This document shows positions 36,790-49,538 of a DNA stretch of 64,000 bases, piece by piece. A program made the translations under genes and the position numbers. The stretch's first letter is position 1; each line of letters begins with the position of its first letter. Source of the stretch: Octopus sinensis (Eukaryota); contig NC_043021.1 of the NCBI RefSeq assembly GCF_006345805.1, forward strand, positions 18,228,001-18,292,000, given 5' to 3'. The notes under the pieces are model-generated. The model did not search any database. It saw nothing but the letters and a program-made list of their open reading frames with translations, and had not been told where the DNA came from.

Positions 36790-37170
36790 TCATTATTTAC
36801 ACTGGACAGATAGGCGTCCTCTCTTTGTTTGTTGTTACCACAACATTTCAGCTGTTGTACTGTCCAGCCTTCATCAGGTGTTGCTGTTATTTTTCCTGTT
36901 GATACTATTTTCCCAAGTCCCTGCCTGGAATTGAACTCAGAATCCAAGGGTTAGTACCCTGTGCTCTTATCCACTACACTATATGCCTGTAGCATCAGCA
37001 AAAAAAGAATACGTTAGGAATGAGAACAGAGTACCCCATTAGTCAAATAAAGGGTTGGGTTAAAAATTCCAGCCGGACACCTGATGAAGGCTGGAGAGTA
37101 CATCAGCTGAAACGTTGTGATAACAACAAACAAGGTAAGGACACCTATCCATCCATTGTGAATAATGAAC
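36790..37170. ncRNA. Inverted pair of Penelope-type repeats, each with a minimal hammerhead-ribozyme motif
   Basis: CTGATGA-A-GGCTG...CAGCT-GAAACGT-T on + (37081-37116) and an equivalent on - (36841-36877). About 95 bp of flanking homology. Confidence 0.55.
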
Positions 37171-37975
37171 AGAATTCTTCCCTCAAAAATATAGAATAGT
37201 AAAGAAGGTTCCTCGTGAATATTTTCTATTGTGTAACATTCAGGTTGAACTCTTTAACTCTTTAATGAAGGCGTTAGACTTGACGACACTCAATACAAAG
37301 TATTTGTATGGTGCAGAGTGTCTTGTCTAAGATTTATCACTGGAGCAATCATGATAATGTTAGCATTAGATGTGTTGATGTATCTCTATAGAGAAGATGT
37401 ATCTCTCTATAGAGAACACTTTGGCAATCTTAATAATCATTTCTATTCTAGGCACAAGGCCTGAAATTTTTGGGGAGGGGGAGCAGTCAATTAGATCGAC
37501 CCTAGTACACAATTGGTACTTAATTTATTGACCCCGAAAGGATGAAAAGCAAAGTCGATCTTGGCAGAATTTTAACTCAGTACATAAAGACCAATGAAAT
37601 ACCACTAACCATTTTTGCCCGGCGAGCTGGCAGAAATATTAGCACTTTAACAATCCTAATAATAATGGTATTAGATATGTTGATGTATTCATGCTGAGTA
37701 GAGGGGCTTGCTTAAGGTCTAACACTTTAGCAACCATAATACTAATAGTTTTATGTTGATGTATTCATATAGAGTAGAGGGCCTTACCTAGGGTTTAACA
37801 CTTCAGCAATCATAACAGTGATAATATTAGATGTGTTGATGTATTTATTTGAAGTTCCTTTGTCCAAGCAATGGAAAAAGGGTTTCTGCTGAAAATCATT
37901 GAAGAAACATAGCAATCCATACTGTGATAATTAAATGGTCAATATTTTAATCATTCAACTGGTTTTTGCTTTCAG

Positions 37976-38023
37976 GTTTTCTTAGAAGTATTCCAAAAGT
38001 AAAGATGAAAACAGTTGCTGAAG
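37976..38023 (+). CDS. BLTP2: BLTP2 exon (FLRSIPKVKMKTVAE-E)
   Basis: tttgctttcag / gtagga, 48 nt, phase 1->1. Confidence 0.8.
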
Positions 38024-38127
38024 GTAGGACATATCTTCATCTTAAGGTCTTCATCCTTCTTATTCTTCATGATTAATTACACACTAAATGATCCACAGGT
38101 ACTGTAGCAGATGATATCTAGACAAAC

Positions 38128-38169
<42 letters not shown>

Positions 38170-38438
38170 CTTTAGTAAGAAGAGGTAAGAACGTACATGA
38201 TGCTAGTTTTCAGTCAGCCTATACTGAATTTCAGGTCCTGTCTATGAATGTGTGTTTGTGTATATGCCTGAACTAATACAGACATAAATTTATGTGTGTA
38301 ACTATATATATGTGTGTGTGTGTGTATATATATGTATGTGTGTACATATATATATATATATGTGTGTGTATATATATGTGTGTGTGTATATATATATATA
38401 TATGTGTGTGTATATATTTATTTATGTGTGTGTGTATT

Positions 38439-38494
<56 letters not shown>

Positions 38495-38496
<2 letters not shown>

Positions 38497-38728
38497 GCAG
38501 TACTGGCCGTTGCCAGTACAGCCAGACTGGCCCTCGTGCCAGTGGCACGTAAAAGCACCCACTACACTCTCGGAGTGGTTGGCGTTAGGAAGGACATCCA
38601 GCTGTCGAAACTCTGCCAGGTCAGATTGGAGCCTGGTGCAGCCATCTGGTTCGCCAGTCCTCAGTCAAATCGTCCAACCCATGCTAGCATGGAAAGCGGA
38701 CGTTAAACGATGACGATGATGATGATGA
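38495..38728 (+). mobile_element. Family D element
   Basis: Tail plus one unit. Confidence 0.85.
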
Positions 38729-38729
38729 T

Positions 38730-38906
38730 AAGTTAAGTTAATTTTTGGCTCAAAAAGCTAAAAGCAAGGCCATGTAGGGGGACATGGAATTATGTACAGG
38801 GTGGTGTTCATGCAAAGAGTTCAGGCCATTTGTGGTCAAGGGAGACTTTGAACCGAGCGGTCGTCGGCATCTTCACTATCTCGTCCGGCAGCTTATTCCA
38901 CGGATC
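38730..38906 (-). mobile_element. CR1 family 2 3' end
   Basis: Near-identical to 41640-41810. Confidence 0.85.
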
Positions 38907-39487
38907 ATATATACATATATATATATGTGTGTATGTATATGTTTTGTGGTATGCTAAGGAGCAGTGCACAGTACCAGAATTTTTGACTTGAGTTAAATCT
39001 AACAAACTACTCCAAATCATTGTTAGAGTGTCTGCATAAGTGGAATCAAGCCTGGCCAGTTTATACTGACACCAAGTTTGTATTAGTTGTAATAATGAAG
39101 TCAAACCAAATAGTGACATGTTTGAAATTATTTAATATATTTCAGGTTTGTGTAATATATAATATGAAATGCATCCATTATGTAAGCCTGCCAATCTAAC
39201 AGCGATTTGGAGCAGTTATATTTGACTCGAGTCAAAAATTCTGGTGTATATATATATATATATAATATATATATATATACATTGTTTTGTTTGGTCACTT
39301 TGCAAGTGAGTTGAGGGTGTGTGCAGAGACATGTAGTGTGGGATTGGTCAGTGAGTGAGTATGGGGTATATATGGTTTGGATTTAGTGGTCACTCTGCAA
39401 GCGAAGAGCTCATGTGGTTTAGGACTGGTCACTGAGTAAGTGAGTGAGAGTTGTGTGGATTCAGTTTGCTGGTCACTTTAGTATATA

Positions 39488-39704
39488 CGAGGGGATGCTG
39501 AAAAGTGCCTGGCTTTAAGGGTATTGCGAAAGGCCTGGTTGGAGGCCCAGCATTCCGAGTTCTTTTACAGGGCTTAGAAAAACTGAAGCGCCACTGCATT
39601 AATTCAGTGAATCTGAGAGGGGAATATGTTGAATAATATCATAATTAATTGACCCTCCAGTATTTTTTTTTACCCAAACCCACCAACTTTTCATCACCGT
39701 CTTG
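39488..39704 (+). mobile_element. mariner-type non-autonomous element
   Basis: TA flanks, TIR CGAGGGGATGCTGAAAAGT / ACTTTTCATCACCGTCTTG, and a residual transposase end (LRGEYVE*). Confidence 0.75.
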
Positions 39705-40034
39705 TAGAGGACAAGGAAACATCTATAGTATTGGTTTTATAATAAAATACTCTCTGTAGACATAGTACAATAGTTGAGATATGACTACAGATAACATAGG
39801 TTATAGATGACTCTTTCCACTTATGACCTGTCTAACCCATGCCAGCTTGGAAAGCAGATGTACTCACTGCACTAACCTGTCCTTCCCTAGATCTATCAGT
39901 CTCATTGAGAAGAAGTATTTATAGACAATGAATGACGGTAATTCTTTGCCATTGAAATAAAAGAAATGGTTAAAGAATATCGTTGTGGCAGAGCTGCCTC
40001 AGTTTGACGATGCGTTGTGTTGTTTCTTTTGTAG

Positions 40035-40117
40035 AAACTCCCCCAACTCCTGAATGTGAAGAAATGGTGAAAGAATCACCAGAAGAAACTGCTGATATTT
40101 TTATGATCATTCCAAAA
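40035..40117 (+). CDS. BLTP2: BLTP2 exon (TPPTPECEEMVKESPEETADIFMIIPK)
   Basis: ttcttttgtag / gtaagt, 83 nt, phase 1->0. Confidence 0.85.
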
Positions 40118-40299
40118 GTAAGTACTATGCTTCCATGAAATCTTATGGCTCTGTGAACTTGTTTTACTTTTGTTTATGTTTGTGTCCAGAAAATTCACCA
40201 TCAGAAATTTTGCCATATAGGAAGATGAAATGTAATATATCAGCAATTTTTTAAATTGTAAAAAAAAAAAAATAGTTTTATAAAACCATTTAATAGGCA

Positions 40300-40685
40300 A
40301 GTCTTTATTTAGAAGCTTGAGAGGTGGTTGGATGGAACCTACACTCGCCTCCTTATGAGAGCTCAAAATCTCTCGTGGAAGCGTCAGCCAACCAAAATGC
40401 AAATATATGGGAAATTACCACCTGTGTTATCTCTTGTGAAAGGTAGAAGAGTCCAGTTTGCTGGACATTGTTGTAGAGCTGAAAACGTGGCAATTTCTAC
40501 TCTTCTCTGGAAGCCATCTACTTGCGATACCAGAGGGCGCACACTCTCTTACCCTGATGTAATCTCCAGGGATACAGGCATCCAGCAACAGGACCTCCGT
40601 AATGCCATGATGGACCGTGAAGTCTGGCATAGCAGGGTAAATTCCATTGTCTCGACCACGGTCGAACAATGATGATGATGATGAT
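40300..40685 (+). mobile_element. 3' end of a second RTE-type LINE family
   Basis: ORF LDGTYTRLLMRAQNLSW...RRVQFAGHC...DREVW, followed directly by a (TGA)n tail. Confidence 0.8.
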
Positions 40686-40721
40686 TATTTAATGTCAAAC
40701 ATTAAAAAAAAAGTCATTTAA

Positions 40722-40940
40722 CCCTTTAGTGTTCACATTATTCTGCCAAAATTAATGCTTCTTTATCCACATTGTTTTGAACTAATCATTCATTAATCTT
40801 GTAGCTAGATTTCGATGTGGTAGCTGTTCATTTTTAAAACGATATTGTAGGGTTGGTGTGAGAGACCAGATCTGGTCTGTTTGAACATAAAACAGGCAGA
40901 ATACGTTTGGCGGGATATGGCCAGTTTAAATGCTAAAGGG
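40722..40940 (+). mobile_element. piggyBac-type MITE family 1
   Basis: TTAA-CCCTTTAG ... CTAAAGGG-TTAA. Confidence 0.85.
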
Positions 40941-41430
40941 TTAAAATGAAATTTCTTATATTGAATTTTCTATGACAAAAATGTTTATAGCGAAATTTCC
41001 TATAACTGTCTATGTTGTTTATCCACTCCAAGGATATTTAGACTGTTGGAAAAAATGTCTTGCTCTATGTTATGTTTCAGTTCTTTATGTTGTGTTTTGA
41101 AATCCCATTGAGATTAGCCATTGTAGGGTCTCATACCTAGCACTAAAATGCTACAGTATCTGGTTAAAACAAACAATTATTGTGGTGAGTGCAAAGTGTC
41201 ACTTTTGATGAAACATCTCTTCAACCTTCAAACCTTAAATTTCCCTTGCTAATGGAATTTGCACCTTTTATTTTAATCCACTTTACAAATGAATAAAAGT
41301 CGCAGAATCTCATTTCTCAATAAAATTCAAGGAAATCTTTGTATTTTGAGATTTGTCTTGACTTCTTTTTTTTTTTAATATTTTCTATTGAATATGTATG
41401 TGTCACTGTCTTAATTTTGTCTTTTCAAAG

Positions 41431-41489
41431 GAATTTGGTTTCTATATTTCCAATTTGGCAGTCAGTATCACCCAGGAAGCCAAGAATAG
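41431..41489 (+). CDS. BLTP2: BLTP2 exon (EFGFYISNLAVSITQEAKN-S)
   Basis: cttttcaaag / gtattg, 59 nt, phase 0->2. Compare human QVKVKMENTSVVLSMNSQK. Confidence 0.85.
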
Positions 41490-41622
41490 GTATTGTATCT
41501 TTGTGTCATACATGTGTATGTATGTATGTGTGTGTGTGTGTGTGTGTAACAAAAAGTACATACACACACATTCAGTCTTTTTCTTTCAATTGTTTAGAAT
41601 GCCCAAAGAAATGGCTGGTGAT

Positions 41623-41822
41623 TTAGTTAGTTAGTTAGTTAATTTTTTGGCTCAAAAAGCAAAAAGCAAGGCCATGTAGGGGGACATGGAGTTATGTACA
41701 GGGTGGTGTTCATGTAAAGAGTTCAGGCCACTTGAGGTCAAGGGAGACTTTGAACCGAGCGGTCGTTGGCATCTTCACCATCTCATCTGGCAGCTTATTC
41801 CACGGATCCGCAACCCAGACGG
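41623..41822 (-). mobile_element. CR1 family 2 3' end
   Basis: Reverse complement of 62140-62330, with a (TTAG)n tail on the plus strand. Confidence 0.85.
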
Positions 41823-42815
41823 CTCGAAATCAAGTTGAGTTGCAGGAGGAGAGCCAACGTAATACTACATTGGTTTATGTAATACATTGATTGCAAATAA
41901 ATTGCTGTGCTGCTGAAACATTTGTAGCATGTATTGAACTGTTGTTGACCATTCATCTTCATTTATTACACACACGAATTTCAGTCTGAAATTTAAATCT
42001 GAATTATGTAATGTTCTTGAAAAACAAACAAAAGGCAATGAAGTAAATCCTATGACAGTACTACTACATGGTTGCTCAACCGGTTCAGTTTCCCAACTTC
42101 ATTTGTCTTGATTAATTCTCTTTTAGTGTCTTTAATGTGATGGTCCCAGGACAGCAGTCCCAAAATGCAATCTTGATGGTAGCCATGGGACGAAATTGTG
42201 ATCAAAATTTTTGTCTGGTTGCAAACCTGTGGGCCATAGTTATAGTGAATCAATATCTCATAACAACAACAACAACAATAATAAATTGTTGTGGGTAACT
42301 GCTGAGCAAATTGTTAAAAGGTTGCGTGTTCAAGCACTATAACTTCCAATTTGTGTGTTGCATGGGAAAAACCAAAATAGCTATTGACTGTCCAGTCTAC
42401 CTAGCTGTAATACAGGTGCCACAAACAATTCAGGTAGCTGAGTCAAGTTGCTGTGTGACAGATGAACATATTGTTAGCTTACATTTTGACTTTAAATCTT
42501 TACACGAACAAAACTGGCAATAGATTGTGATGTTTCCCCTCCAGGGAGACAGAGATATCTTAGCTGTTCAGCAATGTAAAACCTGGAATATATCCTGTCA
42601 TCCCTTCTCTACAATAATAAAAAGACCACCACTTCCCAGAAATAGCCATTGTACATGAGAGGAACTAAAAGGAATTTAGGCCCCATAACATTCTAACCAC
42701 TCTTCTCCCTTCTTCACAGACCAAATACAATACATATATTTTTCTCTAGAATTAATATTAATTATGAAATCAATTAATCAGTATAATTACAGTTCTCTGT
42801 TATTGTACAATATTC

Positions 42816-43030
42816 TGTTAATCTACAGTAATCTGATATAATAGTTTATTTTATCTCTTAATCTGTCTGTCTGCAGTAATCTATCTGATAATCTGGTTAT
42901 GTAATGTAATCTGTTAATCTACAGTAATCTGATATAATAGTTTATTCTATCTCTTAATCTGTCTGTCTGCAGTAATCTATCTGATAATCTGGTTATGTAA
43001 TGTAATCTGTTAATCTACAGTAATCTGATA
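42816..43030. repeat. 96-bp tandem duplication within TAATCT-rich DNA
   Basis: Units at 42816, 42912 and a partial one at 43008. Confidence 0.9.
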
Positions 43031-43370
43031 ATGAACAGTGTTCTTTTTATGTATTTGCTTATGTAAACTTTATATTAATCTATTATATATAGTAATATAT
43101 TGGTAAATGTTTAATTAATCTATTATTGTCTATATATAGTAATTAATCCTTAATCTTTTCATATGTTAATGTGTACAGTGAGTTATGAATTTATTAATGT
43201 CTGTAATGATTCATTCTTAATCTGTTAATGTGTGTTTATCTGTTAGTCTGTTAATTAATCTCTGTTGTGTGTAGTAATTTATCTGTTAATTGACAATAAG
43301 ATTAAAGTCTCTTTTGACCGTTAACCTCCTATATAGAGATTAAAAAAAAAAATATTTCAGCATTCTGCAT

Positions 43371-43530
43371 GCTGTGTGGTAAGTAGCTTGCTAACCAACC
43401 ACATGGTTCCGGGTTCAGTCCCACTGCGTGGCATCTTGGGCAAGTGTCTTCTGCTAATAGCCTCGGGCCGACCAAAGCCTTGCGAGTGGATTTGGTAGAC
43501 GGAAACTGAAAGAAGCCTGTCGTATATATG

Positions 43531-43561
<31 letters not shown>

Positions 43562-43772
43562 ACATGTTTGTGTGTCTGTGTTTGTCCCCCTAGCATTGCT
43601 TGACAACCGATGCTGGTGTGTTTACGTCCCCGTCACTTAGCGGTTCGGCAAAAGAGACCGATAGAATAAGTACTGGGCTTACAAAGAATAAGTCCCGGGG
43701 TCGATTTGCTCGACTAAAGGCGATGCACCAGCATGACCACAGTCAAATGACTGAAACAAGTAAAAGAGTAAA
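43371..43772 (+). mobile_element. SINE family A
   Basis: Copy lacking the first ~12 nt. Confidence 0.9.
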
Positions 43773-44079
43773 CACTCTGAAAGATGGAGTTAATTGCTCA
43801 AAAAATTATCAACTGCAATAAAAGTGTAGGTGGTAAGAAACACTCAAAAGAGAGCTGAACAGCAGAAGGTTTTCAGAGAAGAACCCAAACCAACCCACCC
43901 ACTGTCCCTTAGACAGGTGTTTGCCCCTCCCCATCCTCTTTGAAAAAAGTTAAGAAATACTTGCTGAAACACTTGCCTGATTTGGGATTTTTTCTCTCAA
44001 GACTTTTTCTCTACAGTTCAGCTCTATTTTGAGATTCTTTCTTTCTACAACTTATTGTTGCTGATATTTTAGCATTTAA

Positions 44080-44478
44080 CTAGCAGTATCGCCCGGCGTT
44101 GCTCGGGTTTGTAAGGGAAATAACTATATAAGCATTTTTAGAGAGTTATAGCCAAAAAATAGCAAAAAAAATGCATTAAAAATGGGGAAAAAATGATGGT
44201 AAATTTTTTAAAAATCGTTGACTCATCGTAGACATTTTTAGAGAGTTACTTCCCTTATATAATAGCGAAAAAAATGCATTAAAATGGAAAAAAATTATGG
44301 TAAATTTTTTTTTAAATCGTAGACTCATCGTAGACGCGCGCTAATACCCAGAAGGGCTCGATATGAATCACGACTATAAGATACCCGGGTTTGGTTAAAC
44401 TGCACCGCAAAATGTGGGAGTAGTTAGGAATCTAAATTGCAGGAGACAGACACACAACTTGACTTTTATATATAAAGA
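44080..44478 (-). mobile_element. Second copy of the same non-autonomous Helitron
   Basis: Reverse complement of 25664-26045, with the same termini and an internal duplication. Confidence 0.85.
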
Positions 44479-44520
44479 TATACTTATGTTGAGTAATCTG
44501 TCCATTAACATATTGTAATC

Positions 44521-46212
44521 TCATCATCATCATCATCATCATTTAATGTCCACTTTCCATGCTGGTATGGGTTGGACGGTTTGACTGAGGACTGGTGAGC
44601 CAGATGGCTGCACCAGGCTCCAATCTGATCTTGTAGAGTTTCTACAGTTGGATGCCCTTCCTAACGCCAGCCACTCCGAGAGTGTAGTGTGTGCTTTTAT
44701 GTGTCACCGGCACGAGGGCCAGTCAGACATTACTGGCAATGGCCATGCTCAAAAGGTGTTTTTTATGTGCCACCAGCACAGGAGCCAGTCCAACAGCACT
44801 GGCAATGACCTCGCTCGAATGTTGTTTTTCATGTGCCACCAGCACAAGTGCCAGTATGGCAACGCTGGTAACAATCATGCTCGATTGGTGCTTTTTACGT
44901 GCCACCGGCATGGGAGCCCTGTCAGCGGCCCTGGCAATGATCACACTTGGATGGTGCTCTTAGCACTCAAGTGCCACGGATGCCAGTCATGAGGTGCTGT
45001 CATCGAATTTGATTTCGATTTCACTTGCCTCAACAGGCCTTTGCATGCAGAGGTTAGTGTCCAATGAAGGAAAGGTATGCATAAATGCGCTGGTTACACC
45101 ACTGGCTTAGGCCATGGGTTATGGTCTCACTTGGCTTGCCGGGTCTTCTCAAGCATAGCATATTTCCAAAGGTCTCGGTCGCCAGTCATTGCTTCGGTGA
45201 GGCCTAATGTTTGAAGGTCATGCTTCATCACCTCATCCCAGGTCTTCCTGGGTTTACCTCTTCCACAGGTTCCCTCAACCACTAGGGTGTGGCACTTTTT
45301 CACACAGCTATCCTCATCCATTCTCACCACATGACCATACCAGTGCAGTCGTCTCTCTTGCATACCACATCTGATGCTTCTTAGGTCCAACTTTTCTCTC
45401 AAGGTACTTACACTCTGTTGAGTATGAACACTGACATTACACATCCAGTAGAGCATACTGGCTCCATTCCTTGCAAGCTTACGCATGTCCTCAGCAGTCA
45501 TGGCCCATGTTTCACTGCCATGTAGCATGGCTGTTCGTACACATGCGTCATACAGTCTACCTTTTACTCTGAGCGAGAGGCCCTTTTTCACCAGCAGAAG
45601 TAGGAGCTCTTTGAACTTTGCCCAGGCTATTCTTATTCTAGCAGCTACACTTTCAGAGCACCCACCCCCACTACTGACTTGGTCACCTAGGTAATGGAAG
45701 CTATCAACTACTTCTAGTTTTTCTCCCTGGAATGTGGTAGATGTTGTTCTCTGCACATTTTCTGTGTTTGTTGCTCCTGAGCATCTACCACATACAAAAG
45801 CTATCTTCCCAGTTAGCCTTCCTTTGATATTGCTACACCTCTTATGTTTCCATAGCTTTCACTGGGTACATCTTATAGAGTTTCTACTTACGCCTTTTCT
45901 ATAGATCGAGCAGGGCCATCTACCTGAAGGCGTTTGTGGTTTGTCTACCTTCCTACTCATTAGGACTTTGGTTTTAGCTAGGTTCACTCTAAGGCCCTTC
46001 GATTCTAATCCTTGCTTCCACACCTGAGACTTCTCCTCCAGTTCTGATAGAGACTCAGCAGTTAAAGCAAGGTCATCAGCATAGAGGAGCTCCCAGGGGC
46101 ATCCTGTCTTGAATTCCTCTGTTATTGCCTGGAGGACTATGATGAATAGGAGGGGACTGAGGACTGAACCTTGGTGGACCCTTACGTCTACCCGGAATTC
46201 TTCACTGTACTT
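44521..46212 (-). mobile_element. 5'-truncated RTE-clade (RTE-X-like) LINE with RT domain and tandem-repeat 3'UTR
   Basis: The minus strand reads HQGSVLSPLLF...LLYADDLAL, then a Cys/His-rich insert, then FHYLG...LHGSETW...RRLHWYGHV...GRGKPRKTW (track ORF 45127..45756). At least one stop codon is present. The 3'UTR ends in (ATG)n. Confidence 0.92.
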
Positions 46213-46409
46213 GCGAGAACAATGAGGAAGACGAAACTTTTTAAACTATGTTTACATGGCAATGAAATAGATAGAATAATGAAAAGAACTAATAAGGGTT
46301 TCTTATCTGAGCATCTTCTGAAATTTGTATTCTTTCGGCGAAGGTACTAAAAATCTATCTGTTTATTTATCTGTTAATATAGTAATCTAGCTTTTTAGGT
46401 ATCTCTATT

Positions 46410-46831
46410 TTCTCTTTTTCTCTTTTTCTCTTTTACTTGTTTCAGTCATTTGACTGTGGCCATGCTGGAGCACCGCCTTTAGTCGAGCAAATCGACCCTG
46501 GGACTTATTCTTTGTAAGCCCAGTACTTATTCTATCGGTCTCTTTTGCCGAACTGCTAAGTGGCGGGGATGTAAATACACAAGCATTGGTTGTCAAGCAA
46601 TGCTAGGGGGACAAACACAAACACACAAACATACACACACACACACACACACACACATACATATATATGACGGGCTTCTTTCAGTTTCCGTCTACCAAAT
46701 CCACTCACAAGGCTTTGGTCGGCCCGAGGCTATAGCAGAAGACACTTGCCCAAGATTCCACGCAGTGGGACTGAACCCGGAACCATGTGGTTGGTAAGCA
46801 AGTTACTTACCACACAGCCACTCCTGCGCCT
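46410..46831 (-). mobile_element. SINE family A
   Basis: Full-length copy. Fragments also lie near 6220-6410, 52490-52585, 55062-55197 and 61255-61510. Confidence 0.9.
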
Positions 46832-47070
46832 ACTGTTCATATGTTTAATATAGTAATCTGTTTATGTGTGGTAATCTGTCTGTCGTTAATAAGTTAACAT
46901 ACAGTAGTAATCCATTCGTTTATGTATAGTAATCTAATATTTTTATGTATAGCAATCTACTTGTTAATATTTATATGCAGTGCTCCATCTGTTTATCTAT
47001 GATAATCCATCTGTTTACGTACAGTAATCTCTTTGCCAGTGTTACTCTATAGTAATCTGTTATGTTGCAG

Positions 47071-47183
47071 TAACCTGTCTGTTAATTTGAAAACATTCCA
47101 CTTAGAGAGCCACCACCAACATCATCATCATCAAAGATCTGGCACTGAACACATCAACATCTCTGGTTGTTTGTTAATTGAAG
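47071..47183 (+). CDS. BLTP2: BLTP2 exon (NLSVNLKTFHLESHHQHHHHQRSGTEHINISGCLLIE-E)
   Basis: tatgttgcag / gtgagt, 113 nt, phase 2->1. Compare human HLTWTLKLLQF...TELLLED. Confidence 0.87.
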
Positions 47184-47411
47184 GTGAGTTCGTTAATATC
47201 CCTAATTAGTAATTACAGAATGAGTTCTGATGTTTCAGTCGAGGACCAATCTTTTCCCCCTTATAGTTTCATCCCCCCCCACTCACTCCCCTAACTCCTT
47301 GATTTTCATTATATAATCCGAAGGTGGTTCTTTGCCCTTCATTTGTTACAGTTTGGCCTGCTGTTTTATGATGTATTTAAAAAAATTTTTTATTGTCATC
47401 ATCATCATCAT

Positions 47412-47630
47412 CTGTTTCTTTATTGCCCACGAGGGGACAAACAAGGACAGACAAAGGGATTAAGTCGATTATATCGACCCCAGTGCGTAACTGGTACTTA
47501 ATTTATCGACCCCGAAAGGATGAAAGGCAAAGTCGACCTCGGCGGAATTTGAACTCAGAACACAGCGACAGACGCAATACTGCTAAGCATTTCGCCCGGT
47601 GTGCTAATGTTTCTGCCAGCTCGCCACCTT
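47412..47630 (-). mobile_element. SINE family B
   Basis: Full-length copy. Confidence 0.88.
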
Positions 47631-48354
47631 ATATCATCATCATCATCATCATCACCATTGGCAGTGTTAGCAACTGCTTCCAAGTGAAGTGAAAGTTGTT
47701 GCAAACAAATTAATAAGGCTGTTGTTATTAATAGACTTCGTTATTTCGGTGATGTAATGGCAGTCATAGATCACTTGGAAGAGTGTCTTGCAGTATTAAT
47801 TTCAACTGTCTGCAATCTAAGTTCAAATCCCACTGGAGTTCAATTTTAAGGCGACAAGCTGGCAGAATTGTTATTGTGCTGGATAAAATGTTTAGCAGCA
47901 TTTCTTCTGACTTTACTTACGTTCTGAGTTCAAATATCACTGGGATTGACTTTGCTTTTCAACCTTTCTGGGTCAATTAAAATAAGTACCAGTTGAACAC
48001 TGGGGTTGATGTAATTGACTTACCCCCTCCTCCAAAATTGCTGGCTTTGTGCCAAAATTTGAAATCATTATTAAAAGACAGTAGTGGATTGGAGGATGGT
48101 TGGTCAAAGTGCCTTGTGATCCCTTATGTTCTGAGTTCAAAATCTGTTGATGGCAACTTTGCCTGTCATCCCTCTAAAAGCAGTGTGATAAAATAGAACA
48201 TCTGTGTAAAAATACCAAAGTGGAACTAATGGAATATTCCACCCATTTCCCTTAGCTGCCTGGAATATTCCACCCATTTCCTTTAGCTGGCCTTGTGTTT
48301 GTAGAAGAAATCAATGTTGTTGTTATTAATAATGTTGTTGTTTATTTGTTTCAG

Positions 48355-48419
48355 AGTTCATAGTGACCTCTCCGTCCTCCGAATATGCCCACCTGGAGAA
48401 ATCCCACTTGAAATTACAG
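48355..48419 (+). CDS. BLTP2: BLTP2 exon (FIVTSPSSEYAHLEKSHLKLQ)
   Basis: ttgtttcag / gtgagt, 65 nt, phase 1->0. Compare human [21 protein letters not shown]. Confidence 0.87.
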
Positions 48420-48692
48420 GTGAGTATTGTGTGCAAAGCTAGACACTGGCTACAGCTTGCTTTAGACAGTTCTAGACTTAGATACTGCAAGGTGTTGGGT
48501 GACTAATCACAGTGTTCCTACTTCAGCATCTTACCCCAAGTACTGATATTACTCAGCTGTGTCTTGAACACCTGTCTCAGAATTTACCTTCAATATTTGG
48601 CACAAACACTGATTGTTTATATTATTCTCTTTATAAAAGAAAACAGAGTTGTACTTAATTTAAATTATAAAATGTTGTTGTTGTTGTTGTAG

Positions 48693-48874
48693 ATCAATAA
48701 AGATCAAAGTTTATTGGATGTGAATGTATCAACGTGCCATCTTCATTGGCAATGTGACGAAATGAAAGAATGGGAGTCAATTTTGACTCAGATTCTGTCA
48801 AGTTCTGAGAAATCTACCAGACGGCCATCGACAGCTCCAAAACTTCCTTCCAGTTCTTCCAAAAAATCTTCTCT
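48693..48874 (+). CDS. BLTP2: BLTP2 exon (INKDQSLLDVNVSTCHLHWQCDEMKEW...KKSS-L)
   Basis: gttgttgtag / gtgagt, 182 nt, phase 0->2. Compare human LNTCIIHYRHQEFSHW. Confidence 0.9.
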
Positions 48875-49538
48875 GTGAGTTTTCAAACTGATTTTTTTTT
48901 TTTTAATATTGTTGTGGTTGATTATTTTATAACAGTAGGATTGAGGGAGTTGATTGAACAATGGACAAAAATGCCTTGTTGTATTTAGTTATGCCCTTTT
49001 ACATTCTCTGTTCAAGTCCTATCAAAGTCAACTTAGCCTTCCATTCCTCCAGCACCAATTACAAAGTTGACAAATTTTGTTTGTGTCCAAAGTTTTTTGT
49101 ATTCTACATTAAACATGTTCTCAGTTACACATTTCTAGAATGTTAGTCATTTCTTGCTTGACCATGGTGTTTCCTAGTTTTGCTTTATCTGGACATGTCC
49201 ACTCCAGTCAAGGCACCTCCTTCAATGTCTTACAAACTGAAACTCTTCCTGTGTGACAGGGATGTCCCAACTAGCTTCTCAGTGTCCCCATGCCACTGTA
49301 TTGGAGAATGTGCAGGATGAGTTCTATGATGGCATCATCATCTGAAAAAACCATGACATTTTTAGAATCTAAAAATCTACTTCATCCGACATGGGTGTTT
49401 GTTGAGTCAAGTAACCTTTATTGTGTGCATCTAAAAACTTGTGAACACCTTTTTGCCTTTCCTTGAAAACAGATGCAGGAACGAGCATGCCAACCTGACT
49501 TTCCTCACTTTGAAAGGTTCTGGTGAGGAAGTGTCTTT

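Noticed and set aside
49150-49340. Minus-strand RRCLDWSGHV motif
   Set aside because: Probably an RTE relic, but too degraded to delimit.
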